Assembly (NCBI RefSeq): GCF_006345805.1
Contig: NC_043005.1
Span: 88,412,001-88,476,000 of the forward strand
Length of the DNA stretch: 64,000 nucleotides
DNA from: Octopus sinensis
Taxonomy: Eukaryota
Direction of reading: 5' to 3'
Each line of letters opens with the position of its first letter. The stretch's first letter is position 1. The notes beneath the pieces were generated by a model. That model did not search any database, was not told the origin of the DNA, and saw only the letters and a program-made list of their open reading frames with translations. The position numbers were made by a program, and so were the translations under genes. Below, in pieces: positions 37,050 to 48,922 of this stretch.

Positions 37050-38568
37050 CACAAACAATACACAATACTTCAAGCGAACTACAATACTCTCCAATAATAA
37101 TCAGGATTTTTTAAACCATCAAATGGCAAAGAGGGTCCACTTGAATAAAACAGGAACCAAAGGGTGAAAAATAGTTGCAAACCACTGTTCTAGATTATCA
37201 CTGATTGAGTAAATACTTGATCAAGAGTATTCCAGCCATGACCATCACACCATCTTCAAACATGGTATATCCATAAACAGTATGGCTGCTGTTTCTAGTG
37301 GTTTGCACAACCATGTAAAGGACCTCTCGACTTGAGGATGCCATGTTGGGAGTAGTTTTATTCATGCTGTGTTTCGCTTCATTCAGTTTTGACGATGTAA
37401 TTCTATAGCACAGTGGTGATGGATTCGTTAAATATTGATTAGTAACAAATAGATTCAGTCTCGTTAACCAAGTCATTCTGCTGTCGAGTCCTCCTTCGCA
37501 CGGCACAACTTGTGTTCCATAAAGTGCTTGGTTGTTTATGGTTTACAAGGAAGAATGGTAACGTTGTGTGGTGGAGCCTAAGGAGGTATGTTGGGTGTGG
37601 CAAATGTATGGCAGTGGTGGAAGGTAGAGAGAAAAATGCATTGCAGAAGAAGGCATGTTGCTTCTAGTACGGCCATCATCATCATCATTTATCATCCGTT
37701 TTACATGCTGGCATGGGTTGGACAGTTTAACAGAATCTGGCAAGGCCGGAGGGCTGCACCAGGCACCACTTGTCTGTTTGGGCATGTTTTTTTTTACAGC
37801 TGGATACCCTTCATAACACCAACCACTTCACTTTTTGTATGGCAACCAGCACTGTAGGTCTGGTAATGTCATATGTGTGTGTGTGGTGTAGATGGAGACA
37901 TGTTGGCAGAGTGGTCCAACACGTTATGACTTAGCAAAGAGGTGTTGTTGTTAACTTCAACCTCGACTGAGCAAACTTGTAATCGAAGGGGTTCCAGATT
38001 TTATCAACCCAGTCTCCCTTCGTACAAGGTTTTGGTCAACTTAAAACTACTGTAGATGACACTTGCTCAATACGCCACACAGTAAGATTGAACCTGAAAC
38101 CATGTGATTGAGAAGTAAACTTCTTAACCATGCATCATTATCACCACCATCATTTAACGTCTGTTGTCCATGCTGGCATAGGTTGGACGGTTTGGCAAGC
38201 TGAGGGGGCTACACCAGACTCCAGTGTGATTTGGCATCATTTCTACAGTCGGAGGTCCTACCTAATGCCAACCACTCTGAGAGTGTATTAATGGGTGCTT
38301 TTACGTGCCACCCGCATGGATGCCAGTTGAGTGGCACTGGTATCTGCCTCGATTACGATTTCGCTTGGCTCTTCTCAAGTACAGTATAATGTTTAATCTG
38401 TTTTTGCATTTGTCTTGTTCTTAAGAGAGAAGCGGGAAAGATTTGAAGTGTGTGCATGTGTGTATGTGGGCGGGTGCCTGGTTTGATCATTTCTTTTCAT
38501 TAAAGTCTAATTTTAAATGTGTGAGTTTCAGCTCAGAAATCATCTTTGTTAGAAATAAGAATTAAATA

Positions 38569-39107
38569 CAGTGGTGCTTCAGTCTACAAATGCCTGTCAT
38601 CAGGAACAAATCAGTTTATGAACAATCTTTCGAGTATAAAGCATCTTAGGTGATGAATGGTGTCTTGAGTGGCGAACATGGAAGCTGACAACAACAGTTG
38701 ACAACAAGTCAGGATTACCAGAGGGAGAGCATCAATTGTTATCTAGTTTTTATTTAGGGCAAATCCTTGCTTGAATTTGTTGTGGCTTTTCTTGAATTTC
38801 CTATGAGGAAAATAGTTTTGGTTTACGAATATTTCAGGTGATAAATGGCATACAGGAACAAATTCATCATCATCATCATCATCATTTAGCGTCCGTTCTC
38901 CATGCTAGCATGGGTTGGACGGTTCAACTGGGGTCTGTGAAGCTGGAAGGCTTCATCAGGCCCAGTCAGATCTGGCAGTGTTTCTACGGCTGGATGCCCT
39001 TCCTAACGCCAACCACTCCGTGAGTGTGGTGGGTGCTTTTTACGTGCCACCCGCACAGGTGCCAGACAGAGCTGGCAAACGGCCACATGCAAACCAAAGT
39101 TCCACTG
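38569..39107. mobile_element. Tigger/pogo-like MITE interrupted by an RTE 3' end
   Basis: TA|CAGTGGTGCTTCAGT ... AAACCAAAGTTCCACTG|TA. Confidence 0.6.
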
Positions 39108-39387
39108 TATTAAATAATTTTTAAATAGATAGGCCACAACATGGTGACAAGAGTAGAAGATCAATATGGCTGAGTGATATTGAAAATATAAAGGACCATT
39201 TGTGATGTAATATAATTGGGTTCGATGATTAACTGAATTGGGAGACAAGAATCGAACATGTAAATCAACAGGAAAAAAATTATGTAGAAAAAAAATTGTT
39301 GCTTCATCAGAAAAATCAACCCAGTGGGGAAATGGATGTAAAAACAAGAAATAAGAAAAACAGGACAAAATGTAGTGAAATGATTAC

Positions 39388-39465
39388 CTCTTTGTCTTGA
39401 GAATTTGGTAAAAACTTTGCACTAAAGATGTTGGCTCGGTGACCTGATCGGATGGATGCCACTTT
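39388..39465 (-). CDS. DCAF6: DCAF6 exon, WD40
   Basis: KVASIRSGHRANIFSAKFLPNSQDKE; 78 nt; cag / gtaatc. Confidence 0.95.
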
Positions 39466-41541
39466 CTGAAAATAGAACAAAGCAAATAAAACAGAGAAAG
39501 GAAATATTATTCAGATTTGCACCAAATTCTTGTATCTAGATTGTCTGAGAGACAATCTGGGTACAAAAAGTGCCTGTGTGGTGCCTTGCAAAAGTATCCA
39601 CTACACTCTGTAAAATAGTTGGCATTACCAAGGACAGCCAACCATAGAAACCATTCCAAACCAGAATGGAGTCTGGTGAAGCTCCCCAACTTGCCAGCAG
39701 CTCTGGTCAAACCATCCAACCAATGCCAAAATGGACAATGGCCATTAAATGATGATGATGACAAAACCATCTTTGTGCTGTCAGAAGACAAGACCACAGC
39801 ACTTATCAAAGAAGTCCTCAAGGACTATTCTTCAACCTTTTGATGCAATGAAAGGAAGGACTGAAGGAGATGTTATTTATTAATTACTTGGTCAGATGAT
39901 GAGGGTCAGCACTTGATGAACCATTACAAGGTCTCTGAGATAAATGGAATGCAGAAAGGAGGAAGAAACCATAACTAAGAGGTTTCTGGCAGCAAGACAT
40001 AGGAGTGCAGAATGTTTTGGGTAATGTTGTCCATTGTTAGACCAAAGATATGGTCCCAATACTTTGCTGATGGAACCCAAGGACCAGGTGATGTGTTGCT
40101 ACATCTACTTACCCCAAAGAGACAAAGTTAACTGCACGTGCCAAATGGGAAATAATAATAATAATAACAATACTTAATTGAATGAAAGCAGTATCATATA
40201 CATATTTCATCTTGGTATAAAAGATGGGCTACAACAAATATTCTGCTCAATACCACAGATTTGCTTGTCAGTTGTTTGACCTTAATCTGTTGAGCATGTC
40301 CCTTAATGGCTGACAATATGTGCATCTCTGATCACAAGAAGAAGTAGTTGGGGAGAATCATAGCCATGTGTTGAGAGGAATTCTTTGGGGTTTGGATAGT
40401 TCAACTTTGGAAACATGGGTCCATTGTTCATCATCCTTAAACAACCCTTATTCAAGGACCTTTTGAGCAGGATGGGTGACTCAATCGGAAGAAAATTCTA
40501 ACTGGGCCCCACCTGCAAGGTCATGCGCTGTTTACCTTGATATGAGATCGCTATGTCATGCACATATGGTTATGATGCATGTTCCTGGTGTACCCTTATC
40601 AGACGGGTAGTCATGATGGGTTTACTGGACTTCATATATTTGTACCCTGGTGTCACTTTGATGGCATGCAATGCTCTCTCACTCAATAATAATAGTAATT
40701 ATCATCATCATCGTTTAACGTCCGCTTTCCATGCTGGCACGGGTTGGACAATTTGACTGGGGACTGGTGAGCCAGACTCCAATCTGATCTGGCAGAGTTT
40801 CTCCAGCTGGATGTCCTTCCTAACACCAACCACTCTGAGAGTGTAGTGGGTGCTTTTACATGCCACCAGCACAAGGGCCAATAATAATAATGATGATGAT
40901 TTCAAATTTCGGCACAAAGCCAACAAGTTTAAAGGTGGGAATAAGTCAATTACATCAACCCCAGTGTGCAACTGGTACTTATTGACCCCCAAAAGGATGA
41001 AAGACAAAGTTGACCTAAGTGCAATTTGAGCTCAGATCAATAATAACAATGTGTATTTCTTTACTTGTTTCAGTCCCTGAATTGTGGCCCATGCTGGAAC
41101 ACTGCCCCAAAAGAGTTTTAGTAGCACCCTGGTATTTATGTTTATTTGATCAGCGTCCTTTGCTGAACTAGTAAGATATGGGGATGTAATCAAACCAATG
41201 CTGGTTGTCAAGTGATGTGAGTGAGGGATAAACACAGATACACACACACATGATAGGTTTCCTCACACTTTCCATGAGCCAAATTCATTCACAAGACATT
41301 GGTCTGCCCAAGTCTTTTGTAGAAGACACTTGCCTAAGGGGCCACACAGTGGGATTGAACACAGAACCAGTGAGTTACAAAGCAGGTTTTATCTTTCCCG
41401 TCATCAGCCAACCTTATATTAGCCGAAATGTTTTCGGTCATAGGTCGGCTGGCAGGAGCAAGGCTGACCTGGAGGTGTTGTAGGGAAGAGAAAAGGAGGA
41501 CTAAACAACAAATACAATAATGCCAATTTAAATCTACTTAC

Positions 41542-41634
41542 TTTGCCATCAAAGGGATTGGTAACAACCAAATATTGATCATCGGAACCTGACAGAATAT
41601 ATTGTCCAGTATCATTCCAACATATCGTGTTTAC
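41542..41634 (-). CDS. DCAF6: DCAF6 exon, WD40
   Basis: VNTICWNDTGQYILSGSDDQYLVVTNPFDGK; 93 nt; cag / gtaagt. Confidence 0.95.
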
Positions 41635-42369
41635 CTGGAAAATATAATCAGGTGAAAGTCTTAATACGATAAAACAGGGAGGGAAATACTTGAAGACTAA
41701 GACACTATAAAAGAGGGTTCTTGGTACTGAAATAATGGTAAAAATCACATAAAGCTGCTTCAATAATGATGGAATGGCAAACAAAATGATTTAAGAAAAT
41801 ACAAGGAAACAAAAAAACATCACATATGATTGTAGTAATAGTAGTAGTAGCAACAGTAGCAACAGTGGTGGTAGCAGCTGCCCAAGATCAGCATTGATGA
41901 AACAAATCTCTGACCAGAGACATTCCAGATGTTACCAGCCCATGTTTTTCTCCAGATTGTGTGTGCGGGGGGGGGGGGGGGGTAATCTAAAATGTAGACA
42001 AATACCATTCATCCATGTGATCAGCTTAAAAAATAGTTAGGATATTTATTATATTTTCTTAACATGAAACCAATGGTAGCCTTAATATACAAATAAAGGA
42101 TCTTTATCCACCAATGCGGTGTTGAGCACTCATTTTCATTGTCTGACATGGGGGGGGGGGCGAGAAAGAGAGGATAATTTTAATCCCTGCCACCACCTAA
42201 TTAGGAAATCATGCCAGGACCTGGCTAGTGTAGTATGCCAAAGCCAAAAGGAATTCAGTAAAACTGATATAAATGTTACATATTCCCACATATTATGACA
42301 TGGATCCCATAACACTGTATGAGAACTGGAATAAAAATATTGACCATATACAGAAACAAATATCATGTC

Positions 42370-42415
<46 letters not shown>

Positions 42416-42602
42416 GCGAGAAAGAAGCAACAAGAATCCATTCTTGTTGCTTCTTTCTCGCTTATAATCACCCCACATTACTGTATTGTTAAAACAGTAT
42501 AGTTTTTTTTGGTGCATCTAAGTTAGGTACCATATTCAAGTAAATTCATTTAAATTAACTTGAATCTTTATTGCTTTTTGTATATATATATATATATATG
42601 AT

Positions 42603-42815
42603 ATTTTCAATATGTGACCGCATGTGTATCGGCAATTTTTTTTCCTCCGTCTTCCCTTCTTTGGACCTTTCTTTTTTCTATGTTTCTGATGAAGAGCTCC
42701 GCTCGAAACATTAACTCCTCCTTTCTTTCCTTTCTTGAGCGTCCAATAACACTATAGTTGTTCCACGTCCTTGTATTGTTGTGTTTTCTCTTTGTGTTTT
42801 CATGTTTGGATTAAC
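42603..42815 (+). mobile_element. Short Penelope-like element between (TA)n tracts
   Basis: GTTT CTGATGA A GAGC-TCC-GCTC GAAAC ATT AAC at 42682-42715. Confidence 0.5.
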
Positions 42816-45692
42816 TATATATATATATATATTAGAGGCAATGACTAGTGACCGAGACCTTCGGTGATTTGTTGTGCTTGAGAAGACCCATCAAGCCAAG
42901 TGAAATCGTAGTCATGGCTGATGCTGGTGTCACATAACTGGCACCCATGCTATGACATGTGAAAAGCACCATTTGAGCATTGGGCCTCATGGAGGCAAAG
43001 CAGTTGATGTCTGGAATGTGAAAAGCTCTTTTCAAGTGTTGGGCCTCACAGAGACGATTACTGAGACCTTTGGCATTATGTCGTGCTTGAGAAGAAGACC
43101 CATCTAACCAAGTAAAATATTGGTGTCACGCAAATGGCAGCCATGCCAGTGGCACGTAAAAACACCCATTACACTCTCGGAGTGGTTGGTGTTAGGAAGG
43201 GCATCCAGCCATAGAAAACCATGCCACATCAGACTTGAGTCTGGTGCAACCCCTCAGCTTGCCAGCCCTGGTCAAACCATCCAACCCATGCCAGCATGGA
43301 CAACAGACACTAAATGATGATGATGATGATATATGACCATTGCTTAGAAACAGGTGATGGTTGACAACAGGAAAGGCATTTGGCCATGGAGAATCTGCCC
43401 CATGTAGGCATGGAAAAGAGAACATTAAAACAATGATGATGATGATGATGCACTAGAATCACTTCAAACAACTCTCCCAAAACCTCATCCAGGTTGCCTT
43501 GGTAACGCCTCTCATTTGCAAGGCATTTTGCATATTCTTTTATTCTTTTACTTGTTCCACTCATTTCACTGTGGCCATGCTCGAGCACCACCTCAAAGAA
43601 TTTTTTTAGTTGAATGAATTGACCCCTAGTACTTAATTTTTAGGCCTGGTATTTATTCTATTGGTCACTTTCACCAAATTACTAAGTTATGGGGACATAA
43701 ACATGCAAACACCGGTTGTCAAGCAATGGTGATAAACAAACACATACACACACACACACACACAATGGGTTTCTTTTTGTTTCTGTCTACCAAATCCACT
43801 CACAAGGCTTTGGTTAGCCCAAGGCTATAGTGAAAGGCACATGCCCAAATTGCCATGAAGGACTGAACCCAGAACCATGTGATTGGGAAGCCAACTTCTT
43901 ACCACACAGCAACACCAGAAGATAGAAAGAAACAAAGAAAAAAAAGAAACAACAAGAACAAAAGTTTGATGTTCTACGATGGATGCTTAACTGCAGAACT
44001 GAAAGATGCCATTGCAAGGAATGCAGTGGCAGCTGCGAATTCAAAGCACCAACTTCTTGGCAATGTGTCAAAGAAAAGTGGAGAAAATGGTAAGAAGAGA
44101 AAGAAGAGCAACAAGAACAAACAGCAGAAAGAAATGAGACGAAGTAAATGGCAAAGCAGCAATCCTAATAATAATTGGCCCAAGGTCTTGTATTTACGGG
44201 GAAAGGGAAGGAGGGGGAGGGGTTAGCGATTTAATGGACCACAGTACATTACTGGTATTTCATTAAGCCTAGAAGGATGAAAGGCAAAGGTGACATCAGC
44301 AGGGATTGAGCTCAGAACACAAGGGCTAAACACAGAGGGGACAAACAAGGAGAGTCAAACGGATTAAGTCGATTACATCGACTCCAGTGCGTAACTGGTA
44401 CTTAATTTATCGACCCTGAAAGAATGAAAGGCAAAGTCGACCTCGGCGGAATTTGAACTCAGAACGTAACAGCAGATGGAATACCGCTAAGCAGTGCTAA
44501 CGTTTCTGCCAGCTCACCGCCTTAATGTAATGTAACTAAATACCACAAGGTGTTTACTCAGTGCTCTGGTAACTGCTATCCACTACCCTTACAGACTTAG
44601 TTGTAGTAGTAATGCTTCCAATTTTGGGAGAAGGCCAATAGTTTTGCAGAAGGGAGTGAATCGATCGTGTTCAACTGGTATTTATTTCATTGACCCCCGA
44701 AAGGATGAAAGGCAAAGTCGACCTCGGCAGAATTTGAACTCAGAATGTAAAGACAGATGAAATACCTATTTCTTTACTACCCACAAGGGCTAAACACAGA
44801 GAGGACAAACAAGGACAGACAAACAGATTAAATTGATTATATCGACCCCAGTGTGTAACTGGTACTTAATTTATCGACCCCGAAAGGATGAAAGGCAATG
44901 CTGACCTCGGCAGAATTTGAACTCAGAATGTAGCGGCAGACAAAATACCGCTAAGTATTTTGCCCGGCATGCTAACGATTCTGCCAAATCACCGCCTTAG
45001 CAAATAATAATAATAATTATAACAATAACAATAATAATGGAGAAAAAGTGGAGTAAATTGAAAGTGAGATGAAGAGACAAAAATCTGAGATGGGGATGAG
45101 AACTGAAATGGTAAATGTGTTGGAGAGAGGGGGTGGAGAGAGAGAGAGGAAGAGAGAGAGAGAAGATGAGAGAGAGAAATAGAAAAAATGACTTGAGAAT
45201 AAGAGGTGAGTGACATATAGACAGACAGGATAAGAAAGGAGCCAAAAATTACATTACATAATGAGTAACTAAACTGTATTGAACAACAACAGAACAGTAA
45301 CACATTAATCTTGTAATTACATAAATTAATTATAACAATAGTAATGAGCTTATTGTGTAGCTTGCTCAGGTGCACTACAACAAATGTGCTCACTGAAATC
45401 GCATTAGATAAACCCTCAGATAAGAACTGATTAGGCACAAGTGATAATCTGAGACTTACAACCATCTTCTATCTTTTACTGGTTTCAGTCATTCAACTGT
45501 GGCCATGCTGGGGCAGAGCCTTGAAGAATCTTTTTTTTCTTTTTAAAGCCTGGTACTTATTCTGTTGGTCTCTCTTGTCGAACTGCTAGGTTACAGGGAC
45601 GTAAACTCACCAACACCGGTTGTCAAGCGGTGGTGGGGGACAAACACAGACACAAAGATATGCACACACACACACATATATATATATATATA

Positions 45693-46102
45693 CTAGCAGC
45701 TAAGCCCGGTTTCACCCGGTCTGTTTGGATGATGTGGCTGTGATCATTTTCGGTTAGGCATAATCTATAACAGCGTTTCTCAACCTTATCATTTCGAGTC
45801 CCCTGTTTCGATTGGAGCCTCCAGCTGAATGAAAATTTCTTGACCCCATCACGTCAGAAAACAGCTTCTAAGCAACTGGTTGTTTTAATGGCGGAAGAAA
45901 GAGGGGAATTCCATTAGAAAATGTTTTAATCGATTTTCTCAGTAAGTATGAGGGCTAGGAAAAAAATTCAAACTGCATTCCAATCTATGCACCCGTCTCC
46001 ACATGTGTGCCATTTTTCACATGAATCCACCCAACCGTTTGCCTGTGAACCTCAAAACAAAAAAGAATACAACAATCACCCATGTCCAATTTATATTATA
46101 GA
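45693..46102 (-). mobile_element. Non-autonomous Helitron inside the microsatellite of a CORE-like SINE
   Basis: Minus strand A|TCTATAATATAAA...CCGGGTGAAACCGG hairpin...CTAG|T. Confidence 0.72.
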
Positions 46103-46460
46103 TATGCATACGACAGGATTCTTGCAGTTTCTGTCTACCAAATTTATTCACAAGGCTTTAGTGATCCCCAGGCTATATAGTAGAAGCCACTTGCCCAAGG
46201 TACCATGTAGTGGGACTGAACCTGGAACCATGTGGTTAGAAAACAAGCTTCTTACCGCACAGCCATGCCTACTGAAGATATACTGTGTGTTTATAAATAG
46301 GTGCAGATGTGGTTGCATGGTAGGATGTCTGCTTCCCAACCACATGATTCCAGGTTCAGTCCTACTGTATGGCACCCTGAGCAAATATCTTCTACTATGG
46401 CTTCAAGCCAACCAAAGCCTTGTGAGTGGATTTGGTAGATGGAAACTGAAAGAAGCCCAT

Positions 46461-46508
<48 letters not shown>

Positions 46509-48186
46509 AGCATTTGTCCCATACCACTGCTTGACAACTAGTGATGATATGTTTACATGCCTGTAATTTAGCAGTTCAGCAAAAGAGACTGATAGAATAA
46601 CTAGTTGGTTTAAAACAGACAGGGAAGTACAGGGGTTGATTCATTCAGCTAAAATTTCTTCAACACAGTGCCCCAGCATGGCCACAGTCTAACGACTGAA
46701 ACAATTAAAAGATAAAGGATATATTAATATATAAATACATCACCATTAGGTATGTGTATGCTCAACAACAACAACAACACAAACACAGCACAAAATTCAG
46801 GTGTGACTTTGGAACTCATTGTCTGCCAAAAAATATGGTTTTTAATCTGAGACCAAAATGAAAGTGATAGCCTCAACTCAAAGATCATTAAATCTGCATT
46901 TAATCTTTTCTCTTTTTTATTTTTCTTTAGAATTACCCAATTCCAGGAAACACATTGTCCATGTGAATATTTTTTTAACATTTATAAAATCCTGCAAAAA
47001 TATGTAAACTGCCCAGTAAATGTGTAAAGGTGGCCCACCCACACCACGAGGCTCTTGTACATGTTTCACTCTGTATTTTACTATTTCCCTTCCATTTGCT
47101 TCTTAAGACCTTATTAATGGTGTAATGACAGACGGGGAAAAACTACACAGAACAGCAGAAAGTGAGGGATCCTGCATTGCAGCTGTGTTTACTGAGTCTA
47201 CAAAAGGGAAGGGTGAAGGTATGTGGCCAAATGGTTAGGGTATTGGGCACATGGTTGTGAGGTTGTGAGTTCAATTCCCGGCAGTGCCTTGTATCCTTGA
47301 GCAAGACACTTTATTTCATCCAGTTCCAGTCCATTCAGCTGGCAAAAGTGAGTTGTACCTGTAATTCAAAAGGGGCCAGCCTTGTCCAATTCTGTATCTC
47401 ATGCTGAATCTCCCTCAGAACTATATTAAGGGTACACGAGTCTGTGGAGTGTTCAGCCACTTGAACGTTAATTTCACAAGCAGGTTGTTCTACTGATCAG
47501 ATCAAATGCACCCCTTGTTGTCGTAACCGATGGGGTCCCTGAGTAGAGAAGGAGTTAAGCATCTCTCAGGGATATTTTTCTGATTATGTTCAGTGTTTTT
47601 GCCACTGAAAAATACAGGTTCATCAACAAGGCCAAAATTGGTGGAGGAGGAGGAGGAACAACAACAACAACAACAACAACAGCAACAGCAACAGCAACAA
47701 CAACAAGAGAACTTAGAGTGCAAACCTCCACCAAGGCAACACCAATGTCCTCTCAACAATTGGCCAGAGATGATCTTTAAAATGAGAATATCTGAAATAA
47801 ACTCGACTACTCTCACAAACGAGAATACTAAAAATGAACCCGACCGCTCTCAAATAATAAATAAAAGAAAAAATACAGGGAAAATAATCCGGAATCCTTG
47901 TCCGGTACTGGATCGATCCCAAAATCTAATCAGTTCATGCCAGTCATGAGGCCAAACATCCCTGGAAGTTTCATCCAAATCCATCCAACGGTTCTTGAGG
48001 TATCTTGTCCACAGACAAACAAAGATGGCTGAAAACAATGCCTCCATCTTAGCAAAAGCAGAGGTAATAAAAAAAATTTAAATAATGATTGTCACCATTG
48101 CAACCCTTGGTCACAAAGTAAACTTGAACAACAACAGCAACAGCAAAAATAGACAGAGAAGAAGACAAAGAAGATTGCATACTCAC

Positions 48187-48248
48187 ACAGCCACTGTGAA
48201 ATTCAAGTTTTCTTTCCAATTTCAATCGTTGTATAAATTCTAAATTGG
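48187..48248 (-). CDS. DCAF6: DCAF6 (NRIP/IQWD1) most 5' coding exon found (62 nt, phase 1 start)
   Basis: tttcag|CC AAT...TGT|gtgagt; NLEFIQRLKLERKLEFHSGC resembles DCAF6 EFIQRLKLE...HDGC. Confidence 0.9.
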
Positions 48249-48479
48249 CTGAAAATAATCACAGAGAAATCCAAATAAAAACATGAAGCAGACTGGAGGA
48301 GGGAAATAGTTAAAAGCCATTCCCTTCTAAGTATTAAAAGATGTTAAGGCATTGAGTGTTGTCTAAAACAGCTGTTTACTGCATTTGTTCCAGTATTTTA
48401 CATTCACAGTTCAACTCCCACCAAGGTCAAGTGTGTCTTTCGTCAAGGTCAAGTAGTTGGGCCATAAAATTGAATATGT

Positions 48480-48643
48480 GCAGGAGTGGCTGTGTGATAA
48501 GTAGCTTGCTTACCAAGTACATGGTTTCCGGTTCAATTCCACTGTGTGGCACCTTGGGCTAGTGTCTTCTATTATAGCCTTGGGTCAACCAAAGCCTTGT
48601 GAGTGGATTTGGTAGGTAGAAACTGAAAGAAGCCCGTTGTATA

Positions 48644-48720
<77 letters not shown>

Positions 48721-48922
48721 ATGTATGTATATGTTTGTCCCCCTAATAATCACTTTCAACTGATGCTGGTGTGTTTACCTCCCTGTAACTTAGCGGTTCA
48801 GAAAAAGAGACCGATAGAATAAGTACTAGGCTTACAAACAATAAATCCAAGGGTCGATTTTTTCGACTAAAAGCAGTGCTCCAGCATGGCCACAGTCAAA
48901 TGACTGAAACAAATAAAAGAAT
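48480..48922 (+). mobile_element. tRNA-derived CORE-like SINE with internal microsatellite (other copies about 8890-9220, 10110-10285, 10410-10845, 25250-25420, 43545-43910, 45470-46270, 46300-46715, 51843-52176)
   Basis: GGAGTGGCTGTGTG A-box, GGTTCAATTCC B-box, CCTTGGGC(A/T)AGTGTCTTCT core, (TA/TG)n, conserved tail ending ACTGAAACAAATAAAAGAATAA. Confidence 0.8.

Larger units (their letters stand above)
36234..37187. mobile_element. hAT (Charlie-like) MITE with two nested inserts
   Basis: Ends CCCTGGTTCTTAACC / GTTGCAAACCACTG; 8-bp flanks TTGTAGAT / TTCTAGAT (7 of 8 match); a similar element at 53611-53908. Confidence 0.7.

Noticed and set aside
39760-40130. Coding-like stretches here and at about 2150-2760, 7660-7920, 16560-16800 and 17300-18060
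   Set aside because: Probably old retroelement debris, too degraded to assign without a search.
47593-47949. Poly-Q ORF
   Set aside because: A (CAA)n tract fused to a Helentron-type repeat; no splice or homology support.
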